Source: Candidatus Omnitrophota bacterium (GTDB lineage Bacteria > Omnitrophota > Gorgyraeia > Gygaellales > JAQTUX01). Taken from it: a DNA stretch of 64,000 nucleotides. The DNA is taken from the NCBI GenBank assembly GCA_028707125.1, contig JAQTUX010000001.1, positions 141,639 to 205,638 of the forward strand. The letters run 5' to 3'. Below are positions 9,866 to 21,401 of this stretch, one piece after another. Below the pieces are notes generated by a model that ran no database searches, was not told the origin of the DNA, and worked only from the letters and a program-made list of their open reading frames with translations. The number at the start of each line of letters is the position of its first letter. Position 1 is the stretch's first letter. A program made the translations under genes and the position numbers.

Positions 9866-11677
9866 TTGAGGGTAAGACATAATGATATCTACCCCGGCTC
9901 AATGAACAGATCAAAGACGGTTAATATCATTATTTTAACTCTGTTGTTCTCTGCGTCGGCATTTTGGTTTATACACCCCGTTTTGCTTAAGGGAATCCAC
10001 AATAACGGCCGCGGCGATTGGGATGAGCATTTTTTCTATCACGAGTCCGCCCGGAAGGCGATCGTTGAATACAGGCAGTTTCCCCTCTGGAATCCTTATG
10101 ATTCAGGAGGCACCCCGCTTCTGGGCAACCCGCAGGCGAGGTTTCTCTCCCCAACCTTCCTATTGGAAACGATGTTTGGTACGATCGTCGGGCTTAAATT
10201 GGAGGTATTTCTGCATTTTCTGATTGGTTTATCAGGCATGTATTTATTCGCGCGCCATTGCAGCGTTTCTACGCAGGCGGCGTTATTCGCATCCCTGGTA
10301 TTCATGTTCAATGGTTTGTTCGCAGCCCATATCGCCGCAGGCCACTCCTGGATATTGCCTTATGCCTACATACCTTATGTTGTCCTGTTCTACGATAAGA
10401 GCATTGAGGCGGAGGGCGCGAAGAGGTTCAGAAACCTGCTCTATGCAGCCCTGTTTGTCCTGTTGATGCTGTTCGGGGGAGGAATATATCCCCTCCCGCT
10501 GCTCATTATATTTATGTCTTTTTACGCATTGGCGTCAGCCATCGTCGGAAGAAAGGCGAGATATGTAATCAATCTTTTTGCGGTGTTCATTCTGGCATTT
10601 GCGCTTGGGGCCGTAAAGGCCCTGCCTACAATAGAGGCGCTTGCGCGCGTGCCCAGATATACCCCCGGGGAGTTCGTAGACCTGAATCTCTACGGCCTGA
10701 TTTATAAGTTCTTCGGCAGGGCGCATCATTTTTCCTGGCCTGGCAAGGTCTTTGAGGGGCAGAACATATTCTGGCACGAGCACGTTTCTTATATAGGCAT
10801 TTTACCGTTTGTTTTTTTTCTGCTGGGCATGCGCGGCGCCTGGAAGTCGCGGCAGCCGCTGGTTATATCATCGTTTTTTTTATTCCTGATCGCCTTGGGC
10901 GGCAGACCGGAGTTTTCACCTTGGCACATTATGCATAACCTGCCGTTTTTTAACTGCCTGCGCGTAGAAAGCAGGGCAACGATGTTATTCCTATTTGGCC
11001 TTGCCTTGATATGCGCTCAAGGGGTGGATTATTTTAAGCGATATATCAGACGTTGGGGCAGATTCGCTTCATTGATCCTGCCTTTGGCGCTTCTGGCGGT
11101 TTATTGCGACCTTTATGCTGTAAACGCGCAATTCTTTAAAGGAGTTTTTTCTAAAAGGCCGCCTGTTGTAGTTTTTTCAGCAAAAGGCCCTGCCCGATGG
11201 AGCCCCGACTATGAACCGCTGGGCAAAAGAAAACCAAGTTTAGAGGCGCTTATGAATAATCGCGGCACGTTTATCACAGCCAATTATATACATCCACCGG
11301 TGCGGGCGCTGGCTTATACCGACCTTTCTTACAGGGGCGAGATTTATTTGTTGAACAGCCATGGCACCGTTGAGATAAGGCGCTGGTCGCCTAATACGCT
11401 GAAACTTTATTTACAAGGAATCAGCGGCACAGATATAGTTGTTATCAACCAGAATTTTTATCCGGGATGGCGTGTTTCAGGTATAGACAGCAGCGTCAGG
11501 CCGCATAACGGGCTCATCAGTTTCAGCGTGGGCAGACAGGACGCGGGGAAGGAGGTCGTGCTGACATTCCTGCCTTTCAGTTTTATCGCGGGGTGCGCAT
11601 CCTCCATCCTGGCCCTGGCATTTTCTCTTTACTTTTTGACGCGGCGGCCATTCAACCGATCAAAGGCGATATGTTAA
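9866..11677 (+). CDS. large polytopic membrane protein, GT-C-like / YfhO-like
   Basis: 603 aa, many TM segments, C-terminal beta-rich periplasmic-looking domain; probable start at internal Met (~9902, MNRSKTVNIIILTLL). Confidence 0.5.
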   Translation: MRVRHNDIYPGSMNRSKTVNIIILTLLFSASAFWFIHPVLLKGIHNNGRGDWDEHFFYHESARKAIVEYRQFPLWNPYDSGGTPLLGNPQARFLSPTFLLETMFGTIVGLKLEVFLHFLIGLSGMYLFARHCSVSTQAALFASLVFMFNGLFAAHIAAGHSWILPYAYIPYVVLFYDKSIEAEGAKRFRNLLYAALFVLLMLFGGGIYPLPLLIIFMSFYALASAIVGRKARYVINLFAVFILAFALGAVKALPTIEALARVPRYTPGEFVDLNLYGLIYKFFGRAHHFSWPGKVFEGQNIFWHEHVSYIGILPFVFFLLGMRGAWKSRQPLVISSFFLFLIALGGRPEFSPWHIMHNLPFFNCLRVESRATMLFLFGLALICAQGVDYFKRYIRRWGRFASLILPLALLAVYCDLYAVNAQFFKGVFSKRPPVVVFSAKGPARWSPDYEPLGKRKPSLEALMNNRGTFITANYIHPPVRALAYTDLSYRGEIYLLNSHGTVEIRRWSPNTLKLYLQGISGTDIVVINQNFYPGWRVSGIDSSVRPHNGLISFSVGRQDAGKEVVLTFLPFSFIAGCASSILALAFSLYFLTRRPFNRSKAIC

Positions 11678-13020
11678 CCCCTGTTAAGAAATTATCCCGT
11701 ATTGATTTTATTCTGGCCGCGGTTATTCTACTGGCAAGTTTTCTGAGATTTTATAATCTCCGGTATATGGAATTTAAGGGAGATGAGGCAAGGTCGTCTC
11801 AGATGGCAGTTGATTTTATTGAAAAAAGGCAACCCTTCCCCGCCTGGTATTACTCGCATGGCCCGCGTTTTTCCGCATTATTGGCCTGGTTTATCATCCC
11901 CCCTTTTTCGTTATCGAAGAATCCCGTTGTCGCGACCGGATACTTAGTTATTTTTAATATCGCGGCAATCTGGTTATGTTATAAATTCTGCAGGGAGAAT
12001 TTCAGTAAACGGGCGGCGCTCATTGCTTCTATTTTCCTGGCGGTCTCCCCCTGGCATATCCTGGCCGCGAGGAAAATATGGAGCTTTAGCTTGCTCGGGT
12101 TTTTTATCATGTTGTTTATGCGCAACTTTTTTAAGGCCCTATATAAGAGAAGGATAAATTATTCTTTGCCCGCCTTTACAGCTTTGCTTATTGCCTCGCA
12201 TCTCCATATCAGCAATTTGCTATTTTGTGTTTTCGCCCTTATTATGATCGTTTTATATGCCCACAAAGCGTATTGGAAATATACGTTAGTTCTCTTAACG
12301 TGTTTTTTCGCAGGATACGTGCCCTATCTGATAGGGGATTATAACGAGCATTTTCACAGCCTTAACGCGCTTTTCCACCTGCCATTTTCAATTTACCCTG
12401 TTAGACCGCAGCTGTTCATTTCGGCTGTTAATCAGGCCACTGCCCATGGCCTGCAGTTATATTTGGGCGAATCTTACCCGGAATTTATCAGCGGTTTTAA
12501 CGCATGCCGATTCCTTAACGCCTTATTAAAAGTGAGTATGGCGGCGGGGATTATTTATTGCATAGTTAACATCAGGAAACATATGAAGTTCGCTTTTCTG
12601 GCGCTCTGGTATCTGATCCCGATCTTGCTTATGTCCTTTTTCAGGATCAGGATTTCCAACGCGTATTTAATTATAATATTCCCCGTTCAATTTATCGTAT
12701 TGGGCGTCTTTTTTGACGGTCTTTTAAGCAAAATACCAAGGGGGCCGGCGCTGCTGGCCGGTGTATTTATAACGACCCTGTTTTTTTACCAGCTCGCCTT
12801 TTCATTTCAACTCCTTACATTTATAGGTAATCATAGATATATTAAGGGCGGATATGGCCAGCCGTTTAAATATCAGGTGGAGGACATATCTAAGGCCATA
12901 ACCCGGTTCGGAAAAGGCAGCATGAAGCAGATTCACGATAGCATACCCCAGGGTGCCGCTCATGACTTGTCCGCCACCGAATATATAGCGCGGAATTTAA
13001 GCGCAGGATGGCCGCCATGA
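11671..13020 (+). CDS. GT-C glycosyltransferase, ArnT/PMT (GT39/GT83)-like polytopic membrane protein
   Basis: Conserved DE motif in first extracytoplasmic loop (EFKGDEARSS) after TM1, ~12 TM helices; start placed at MLTPVKKLS to avoid 85-nt overlap. Confidence 0.6.
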   Translation: MLTPVKKLSRIDFILAAVILLASFLRFYNLRYMEFKGDEARSSQMAVDFIEKRQPFPAWYYSHGPRFSALLAWFIIPPFSLSKNPVVATGYLVIFNIAAIWLCYKFCRENFSKRAALIASIFLAVSPWHILAARKIWSFSLLGFFIMLFMRNFFKALYKRRINYSLPAFTALLIASHLHISNLLFCVFALIMIVLYAHKAYWKYTLVLLTCFFAGYVPYLIGDYNEHFHSLNALFHLPFSIYPVRPQLFISAVNQATAHGLQLYLGESYPEFISGFNACRFLNALLKVSMAAGIIYCIVNIRKHMKFAFLALWYLIPILLMSFFRIRISNAYLIIIFPVQFIVLGVFFDGLLSKIPRGPALLAGVFITTLFFYQLAFSFQLLTFIGNHRYIKGGYGQPFKYQVEDISKAITRFGKGSMKQIHDSIPQGAAHDLSATEYIARNLSAGWPP

Positions 13021-14576
13021 GCAGGGGCAGGCGGCGGGTAGTTTTCATTTTTATGCTGCTTATTCTGGCGTTAAATCTGTCCAGTATGCGCAATAACAGC
13101 ATCACTATTGACGAGAAGGCGTTTCATCGCGAATTTGGGCGGAGGATATTGGACCGCACGGCATTTTTGACGGGCGCGGGGACAATGCCGGTCACGGCCC
13201 TCAATGTCCTGCCGGTATATATCCTGGATAGATTGGGCATGGATATTCCCGAAAGAGGAGAATTGTTTATAGGCAGATTGGTTACTGTTTTCTGCTCTAT
13301 GTTGCTGGGCCTGCTGGTTTTCCTGTGGGCAAACGATCTATACGGTTTCAAGGCGGCTGTTTTTTCTCTCGGGCTTTATGCCTTCAGCCCGAATATATTG
13401 GCGCATTCCCAGCTTATCACCACAGACATTTACAGCGCGTGTTTTATTTTCACGTCGCTATATTTATTTGTGAAATATCTTAAACGGCCTTCAATGCCCG
13501 GTTTGATCATGAGCGCAGCGGCAACGGCCCCGGCCCTATTAGCGAAAAACACAGCGTTGTTCCTGCCGCCTATTTTTGGCATCATCTTGCTAAGCAGCGG
13601 CTATTTACGCTCCCTGAAAAACAGGCGATCTATATTATTGAAAGGCATTGTTTACGCCTCCATAATTATTCTGCTGATCAATGCCGGATACCTGTTTAAG
13701 GATTCTTTTATGCCTCTCGGCAGTTTCCAATTTCAGAGTTGGATGTTGAACAAGGTCAAATCCTGTGCCGCGGACATCATTGTTCCGCTGCCGAGGTTAT
13801 ATCTCGAGACGATAGATCTGGGTAAATTTTATAATGATACATGCAGCGGCCATCCCACGCCGTATTTATTGGGAAGATTAAGCGATTCCGGATGCGGCTG
13901 GCCGTATTATTTTATTGCGGCCCTGCTGTTTAAATTGCCTTTGGCCATTATTATTTTATTGATCTTGGGTGCCGCGGTATTGATTAAGGATGGCTCAACG
14001 GACAATTTTGACAAAATAAGCGTTGGGGCGCCTCCGTTATTATTTTTGGCATTCTTTTTTCCGTTTTTCAATAATCAGGCCGGCATCCGCAATGCGCTTA
14101 TATTATTTCCGTTCTTCTATCTAATTATTGCGAAGATAATTTCATACCGTCCGTTAATGCGGCATGGTATATTCAGGGTTTTTTTATTATCCATGGTCAT
14201 GTGGTATTTAATTTCTGCCCTATCTTTCCACCCCCACTATTTATCGTATTTTAATGAACTGATAGGCAGAAGAGAAAATATGTATAAATATTTAGCAGAT
14301 TCAAATGTCGATTGGGGGCAGAATAAGTATTATCTTAGAGGGTATCTTGATAAACATAAAGGGCTTAACGCGATAGTGAATCCTGAGCAGCCCTCAGAGG
14401 GAATTATCATTGTGAATATAAACAGCCTGGTGGGTATTACGCAAGACCCGCAGAAGTACCGATGGCTTAGGGAAAATTACGAGCCAGTCGGCCATATTGC
14501 GTATTCCTGGCTTATATATGATACTGCCGCAGGGAATAATAAAGTAGGCCATGCCGAAGTCTTGCCCGGAGGTTAA
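13008..14576 (+). CDS. glycosyltransferase family 39-like (PMT-type) polytopic membrane protein
   Basis: N-terminal TM followed by ITIDEKAF (DE loop-1 motif), multiple TM helices. Confidence 0.6.
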   Translation: MAAMSRGRRRVVFIFMLLILALNLSSMRNNSITIDEKAFHREFGRRILDRTAFLTGAGTMPVTALNVLPVYILDRLGMDIPERGELFIGRLVTVFCSMLLGLLVFLWANDLYGFKAAVFSLGLYAFSPNILAHSQLITTDIYSACFIFTSLYLFVKYLKRPSMPGLIMSAAATAPALLAKNTALFLPPIFGIILLSSGYLRSLKNRRSILLKGIVYASIIILLINAGYLFKDSFMPLGSFQFQSWMLNKVKSCAADIIVPLPRLYLETIDLGKFYNDTCSGHPTPYLLGRLSDSGCGWPYYFIAALLFKLPLAIIILLILGAAVLIKDGSTDNFDKISVGAPPLLFLAFFFPFFNNQAGIRNALILFPFFYLIIAKIISYRPLMRHGIFRVFLLSMVMWYLISALSFHPHYLSYFNELIGRRENMYKYLADSNVDWGQNKYYLRGYLDKHKGLNAIVNPEQPSEGIIIVNINSLVGITQDPQKYRWLRENYEPVGHIAYSWLIYDTAAGNNKVGHAEVLPGG

Positions 14577-15754
14577 TGCGCAGTATTATATGTTGATGCT
14601 CTATTCTGACGGGAGCGCAGGAACTTTAATATGGATTGCGCAATAATCTTGTTCCCGTAGGCGGTATGATGGCAATGGTCAAAAAAGAGCGGTTCCCGGC
14701 CTTCTTTGAAAACTTCTCTGAGGATAGGCAGTAAATCCAATACAGCGATATCCAGCTCTCTTGCTATATTTTTTAGCTGGGCCTGCGGATAAGCGTAGAT
14801 GAATTCCGACTCTACCTGAAGCCTTACCGGAAAGATTACTATATATAACTTGAAACGGTTTTTCTCCGCTTGATACCCGAATTCCTTCAATAAGAGGTAG
14901 ATCTTTTTCCACGCGCTTTTGCTCCACGCCTTGCCCCAATCCCGGATATTTTGATGGATGGCGCTATTAAAGGCCGGTTTGTCTTTTAAGGGTATTCCCG
15001 GCCCCGGAGGGAAATATCGGAGCACCTCTTTCCTTATGGCCGCGTTTTCTGCAGGCGGCGTGCCGCGATAGTCAGCGCCCACTTTTGCCATAAAAAAAGA
15101 AAAATATTGAAATAAATATTGCAGTAACCGGCTTTTATGAAAGACCGTAGGGGGGCTGATGATCCGAATACCCGGCGAAGGCCCGAAGTCGTTAAGGTAA
15201 AATCCAATAACAACAATGTCGGGGAGGGTCGATAAGCCGGTTTCCATAAGGATGGAATATTCGTTTTGAAGCCCGATAGCTCCGACGCCGGCATTAATGG
15301 TTTCTATGGGCCGGTCAGTAGAGCTGGAAAGTGCCGCGACGAGGCTGACAAACGTTTTGTCTTCTTCTAAATAATCCCCGAGGGTTATTGAGTCCCCAAG
15401 AAAAAGTATGCGCGTCCTGGTCTTGGGGCCGATCTCCGGATTACGATAACCCAGCGAGTTCGTGCGTATGCAGATATCTTTTTTACTGACGCGGTGATTT
15501 AGAATCAATATTTCCGTGTTTGGTTTTAAGCGTCTTCCCGCAGGGGTCTCAAGATATAGGCCGTTTTCCGGCACCGAATCTATTTTTATGATTACTTCTT
15601 TTTGATTTTCCTTTTGGATACTTGGCTTGAGGCCGGCAGGGGGTAAGCCGGATACCATTGACGGCCTCGGCAAGAAGGCGCGGGTCGCCGCTTCCGTCAA
15701 CCCGAAAGCCAATATCGGAATAATCAAGAACGGAAAAATATTTTTGCGCCTCAT
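14573..15754 (-). CDS. secreted SGNH/GDSL-family hydrolase (esterase/acyl-esterase)
   Basis: GDS motif ILFLGDSITLGD; signal-peptide-like N-terminus MRRKNIFPFLIIPILAFGL; ORF track extends to 15919 with a TTG start that would overlap the divergent gene, so internal ATG preferred. Confidence 0.65.
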   Translation of the reverse strand: MRRKNIFPFLIIPILAFGLTEAATRAFLPRPSMVSGLPPAGLKPSIQKENQKEVIIKIDSVPENGLYLETPAGRRLKPNTEILILNHRVSKKDICIRTNSLGYRNPEIGPKTRTRILFLGDSITLGDYLEEDKTFVSLVAALSSSTDRPIETINAGVGAIGLQNEYSILMETGLSTLPDIVVIGFYLNDFGPSPGIRIISPPTVFHKSRLLQYLFQYFSFFMAKVGADYRGTPPAENAAIRKEVLRYFPPGPGIPLKDKPAFNSAIHQNIRDWGKAWSKSAWKKIYLLLKEFGYQAEKNRFKLYIVIFPVRLQVESEFIYAYPQAQLKNIARELDIAVLDLLPILREVFKEGREPLFFDHCHHTAYGNKIIAQSILKFLRSRQNRASTYNTAH

Positions 15755-15899
15755 GTTTAGTAGTATTATACATTTTTTACCGGTATTTAGGAAGCCCTTA
15801 TAAAATAGATAATTTATTTGGGCTTTATTATTCTGGGGGGTATAATGTCGCCAGGATGAAGATCGCGGGATATATTTCCTGTTGTGAACAGGATATAAA

Positions 15900-17300
15900 G
15901 TGATGGCCGGGGGTTTCAATTTTCGTTTGGATGGTCATAAAGCGATAGAGGACGGGTTGGCGGCAGCCGTCTTGCTAGCGCCGCTTATTCTCTTGAATCT
16001 TCCGTTGTTGGGCGTTCCCTATTATTGGGATGCGATGGCTCCGCTTGTGCAGGCGCACGGAATAAAGGGGGCCGACTATATGCACCCGGCGCTGCCCTGC
16101 TTAATCACCGAATTATTCCTGCGCATTCTTAATTATGCCACCTGGGTGGGGCATGTCGTATCGCTGGCATTCTCATCCTTGACGCTTATCTTCACCTATA
16201 AGCTGGGTTGTCTGATAGGCGATAAAAGAGCGGGCCTATATTCCGCTGTTTTATTGCTGGCCTCACCCCTGTTTTTTACGCAGTCGGCGATGTTTACGAG
16301 GGATGTATTCCTTGCCGCCTTTATGATTATGTCAATCTACTATGCGTTAAAAGAGCGGGTATTTCAATATGTACTTTTTGCCTCCTGTGCCGTACTGACA
16401 AAGGCAACGGCCATTCCGATGATTGTGCTGTCCGCAGCGTATCTGGCGGGTAGACACCGGCCCGGCGGGAGGGCAAGAATGTTTTTGGTTGCGCTATCTC
16501 CGATTTTATGCTATCTGGCGTGGATGATTATGTTTAAAATTCGTTTCGGCAGTTTCATACCCCCGCTGCATTTATATTATGTTGACATGTCCCCGGCCGA
16601 CGACATACAGCGGTTTCTACAGCGCAGTAAAGAGTTGTTCATAGACGATTATAAATGGTTTATGAGCGCGGCCCTGCTCATTGGGGGCGGTCTGGTCTAT
16701 ACGAAGGGGAGGCCAACCTCCGGCAGGCGGTATCTGGCACCCATTTCTATTTTTATCCTCGTGTATATAGCATTCTTTGCGGCTATACGCAGTACGGTCG
16801 CCTGGTATATGCTGTTTTTATACCCCGGATTCTTTATATTATGCTGTGCCGTAATCTCAAGGATAGGTCGCGCCTCCTCCGCATGCCTGCCGATAATCTC
16901 CGGGCTGCAGATCATACTTTTTGTAACAAACTGGTATGGTGACGCGGGCGTTTCAGGCGGAGAAAGGATAGGGGCGCACCTGAATTATCTGGACCTGGTT
17001 TATGCCGAAAAGCAGGCGGCGGATTTCATAGAGCATAGCTTAGCCGATGAGGTTGTGCTGGCGGTGTGGCCGCAGTCGTTGGCTTTATCATATCCCTGCC
17101 TCGGCTATGTCGCTAGGCCACTGGATGTTGTCAGGGCCGGAATGAATTACGCCGAAGCCGACATCGTTTTCTGTTCCCCGAAGAACGGGGGGCACAACCG
17201 GAAGCTCTGCGGCATGTTTGATCAAATAGGCGCTGTACCGTTAAGAGGTTTTAAGGTTGACGACAAGAAAGTGTATATTCACAGGATTCCCAAGAGGTAA
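15900..17300 (+). CDS. polytopic membrane protein, GT-C-like (paralog of the cluster)
   Basis: 466 aa, ~11 hydrophobic helices, C-terminal soluble domain; GTG/ATG start at 15900/15903. Confidence 0.5.
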   Translation: MMAGGFNFRLDGHKAIEDGLAAAVLLAPLILLNLPLLGVPYYWDAMAPLVQAHGIKGADYMHPALPCLITELFLRILNYATWVGHVVSLAFSSLTLIFTYKLGCLIGDKRAGLYSAVLLLASPLFFTQSAMFTRDVFLAAFMIMSIYYALKERVFQYVLFASCAVLTKATAIPMIVLSAAYLAGRHRPGGRARMFLVALSPILCYLAWMIMFKIRFGSFIPPLHLYYVDMSPADDIQRFLQRSKELFIDDYKWFMSAALLIGGGLVYTKGRPTSGRRYLAPISIFILVYIAFFAAIRSTVAWYMLFLYPGFFILCCAVISRIGRASSACLPIISGLQIILFVTNWYGDAGVSGGERIGAHLNYLDLVYAEKQAADFIEHSLADEVVLAVWPQSLALSYPCLGYVARPLDVVRAGMNYAEADIVFCSPKNGGHNRKLCGMFDQIGAVPLRGFKVDDKKVYIHRIPKR

Positions 17301-17368
17301 ACGCGTTGTGCCGGACGTTACGGAACAGAGGAGGCGCTTGTTAAGGCGCCGTTTTCCGGGAGGGCCGG

Positions 17369-18580
17369 ATGACCGGTAAACTTATCTGGTTGACAGCTGT
17401 TTTATTGATCTTCTCAGTATCTTTATTACCGCAGCCGGTCCTGGTCTCGGGGGCGGCCTTTATAAATTGCGCGCTTATCTCCGCTTTTATATTATCCCTT
17501 TTAATTCACAGACGGGAGCATTGCGATAAAACCGATGCCCTGGTATTGCTCTTTGTATTTTTTGCCTTTTGCGGAGTATTTCTGGCGGAAGACAATCTAT
17601 TGGCTCTGCGCCGTTTCAATTATTCGCTCCTGCCAATCGTACCTACATATTTTATATTCAAACATTTGCCGTATGATAAGCGTAAAAATACACTACGGAT
17701 TATCTACATATTGGCCAGCGTAATATCCGTATATTGCATAGTGGAGTTTATCATGGGCAGGAATTTTCTTTATGAAGGATTGATAAAAAGCCCGTATTAC
17801 GGACGGGCATTATATTCTCCCAAGGTATTTGCCACGCTTTATCACCCTACGATTGTGGGTGTATATTTGACGGCGGCAGCGCCATTATCATACCTGTTTG
17901 CGCCAGACGCCCACAGCAGGACGGCGAAAGTTATATTAATACTCTCGTTGTTGCTTAATCTTACGGCTATTTTATTGACCTTCAGCAAAATGGCATGGTT
18001 GGTTACGGCAATGCTCGTTTTTCTGTTTGTTTTAAAAATATTAAGAAGAGCCAGGGCCGCTTTAATTGTGGTGTTATTAGTACTGATGTTTTTTATCGGT
18101 TACTCTTTAGGTTATATAAAGAGAGATATAACCGACCCGGGGCGCCTAAACTCTACGCTAGGGCACAGGGCCAACTCTTATTTTGTCGCTTCGCAGATTA
18201 TCCTGCGCTACCCGGTTTTTGGTATCGGCTTGGACCATTACAGGCGTGACTTCATGGATTATTCTGGCCTTAAGCGGCAGACGCCGGATTTAGTCAAGGT
18301 GCCGGATAATAACTATATGGCAATCTTAGCGGAGATGGGGCTGGCGGCGTTCATTCCTTTTATGCTCTTTGTTGCTGTGCTGCTCAAGAGGATAGCCGGG
18401 GTGTTGCGCAGGGCAGAGAGATACGCCGCAGGCGCAATGCAGGTCGCCGTATCGCTGAGTTTAGCCGGGATGTTTTTATTCCATTTGAGCTATGATTCCT
18501 TCTATTGGGGTACTCCGCTGGTAATGTTCTGGATGCTGGCCGGCATATTCTTAAACCCCACCCTGCAGAGGCAATTATGA
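17369..18580 (+). CDS. O-antigen ligase / Wzy_C-like polytopic membrane protein
   Basis: 403 aa, ~10 TM helices with one large loop; architecture typical of the O-antigen ligase/polymerase family. Confidence 0.5.
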   Translation: MTGKLIWLTAVLLIFSVSLLPQPVLVSGAAFINCALISAFILSLLIHRREHCDKTDALVLLFVFFAFCGVFLAEDNLLALRRFNYSLLPIVPTYFIFKHLPYDKRKNTLRIIYILASVISVYCIVEFIMGRNFLYEGLIKSPYYGRALYSPKVFATLYHPTIVGVYLTAAAPLSYLFAPDAHSRTAKVILILSLLLNLTAILLTFSKMAWLVTAMLVFLFVLKILRRARAALIVVLLVLMFFIGYSLGYIKRDITDPGRLNSTLGHRANSYFVASQIILRYPVFGIGLDHYRRDFMDYSGLKRQTPDLVKVPDNNYMAILAEMGLAAFIPFMLFVAVLLKRIAGVLRRAERYAAGAMQVAVSLSLAGMFLFHLSYDSFYWGTPLVMFWMLAGIFLNPTLQRQL

Positions 18581-19731
18581 TACCAGCTAAATCAAAGCGC
18601 CTTAAACGCATAAGTCTGTATATACTATTTAGTATTATTGCTTGGTGTCTTGCGATTGTATTATTGGATAAATTGCTGGCTTTTAATAGCTGGGTCTATA
18701 AGAAGGCTTTACTGCACAGACAATATGTAAAAGGGGCAGAAAATAAAAAGTATAAATTTCTTTTTATCGGCGACTCATGGGTAGAAGGCGGTGAGGCGCC
18801 TATCGGCAGAGGGTTTCCAGAGCAGTTTATTGAGGGGCTCAAGGCAGGGGCTTTCCAGGGAGATTATTCATACCGGAAGGCCTGTTGGTCTAGTTCAAAC
18901 TCTTCCCAGGCAGTTTTGCAGTTTATTAATGAGGCATCCCGCAGGGATTTTGAGTGGGTGTTTGTTTTAACCGGCGCAAATAATGGATGGAACTCTGAGG
19001 CAGTTGACAGGGTGAGTTCTTTTGCTTACAAAGCCTATGGCCATGAACCACTGTTCTTACAGGAAAAAGATTTAGGAAATCTTTTGGCTAAGATTGGTTT
19101 GAGACGTTTAGCAAGACTGGCGTCTTTATATAATTATAATAAATATATAGGGTCCGCCAAGGATGAGAATAGTCAGCAGGGGTGGAGCATGATAGCAAAA
19201 ATAGAAGAAGAACTTGGTTCAAGCGATCATTCGATGGATGAGGTAAGGGAATCTTTGGCCGGACAGTATATTATAGCAGGGGATTACAATCAATTTTATC
19301 ACACTATAAAACTTACCTTCGGCAATCAACATAAGCCGACAGAGAAATTCCTTCGGTCAAGAGACCTGTGGGAGCCAGAGCTTATTAAGAATCTTACAGG
19401 GGAACGTATGAAAGATAAAATATTGAGTATAGCTTGGAATGTGGCAGAGAGAGACCTGAGGTTGATTGCTAAATTATGCCGCGATTGGAATATAAAACTC
19501 GTTTTTCTCACATATCCCTCAAATCACGCTTCATTTGATACCGTTAATAATATTATACGCAAAGTAGCCGATGAAGAAGATGCGGTTCTCGTAGATCAGG
19601 ACAGGCTGTTTGAGCAACAACTGCCTGATTCGTCAGATTGGGAAGATAAATTTGCCAGGCACCATCCAAATGAAAATGGCTATGCTTTAATGGCAGATAA
19701 TCTTAGTTCATTATTCCTGGATAACGACTGA
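18577..19731 (+). CDS. SGNH/GDSL-family hydrolase, membrane-anchored; visibly AT-rich gene
   Basis: GDS motif FLFIGDSWVEGG; N-terminal TM anchor; ATGA start/stop overlap with upstream gene; composition clearly lower G+C than neighbours. Confidence 0.65.
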   Translation: MIPAKSKRLKRISLYILFSIIAWCLAIVLLDKLLAFNSWVYKKALLHRQYVKGAENKKYKFLFIGDSWVEGGEAPIGRGFPEQFIEGLKAGAFQGDYSYRKACWSSSNSSQAVLQFINEASRRDFEWVFVLTGANNGWNSEAVDRVSSFAYKAYGHEPLFLQEKDLGNLLAKIGLRRLARLASLYNYNKYIGSAKDENSQQGWSMIAKIEEELGSSDHSMDEVRESLAGQYIIAGDYNQFYHTIKLTFGNQHKPTEKFLRSRDLWEPELIKNLTGERMKDKILSIAWNVAERDLRLIAKLCRDWNIKLVFLTYPSNHASFDTVNNIIRKVADEEDAVLVDQDRLFEQQLPDSSDWEDKFARHHPNENGYALMADNLSSLFLDND

Positions 19732-19752
19732 CATATCAGGACAATTAATTGC

Positions 19753-19780
19753 TTGACAATAATATTTTTTGTGTTATATT
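19753..19780 (+). promoter_or_regulatory. sigma70-type promoter of the pyr operon (TTGACA, 16-nt spacer, TATATT, with TGT extended -10)
   Basis: ttgacaataatattttttgtgttatatt read directly. Confidence 0.6.
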
Positions 19781-19794
19781 AAAATAACCTTTAA

Positions 19795-19892
19795 GCCCGG
19801 CCCTTGAGAGGCCGGCAAGGGAGACAAGATGATAGTGTGCATAAGCGAGATTACTATACGACCACCCATAACAATGGGTGGTTTATTTGTTT
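19795..19892 (+). promoter_or_regulatory. PyrR-dependent transcription attenuator: PyrR-box stem-loop (CCGGCC cuugaga GGCCGG) followed by intrinsic terminator (ACCACCCA taacaa TGGGTGGT then UUAUUUGUUU)
   Basis: Loop sequence CUUGAGAGGC resembles the B. subtilis PyrR binding loop (CCAGAGAGGC); hairpin plus U-tract immediately upstream of pyrR start. Confidence 0.65.
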
Positions 19893-19903
19893 ATAGGGGG
19901 TAA

Positions 19904-21381
<1,478 letters not shown>

Positions 21382-21401
<20 letters not shown>

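Noticed and set aside
15755-15919. ORF-track TTG start at 15919 for the minus-strand SGNH gene, overlapping the divergent gene start
   Set aside because: Internal ATG gives a canonical signal peptide (MRRKNIFPFLIIPILAFG) and leaves a sensible 145-bp divergent promoter region.
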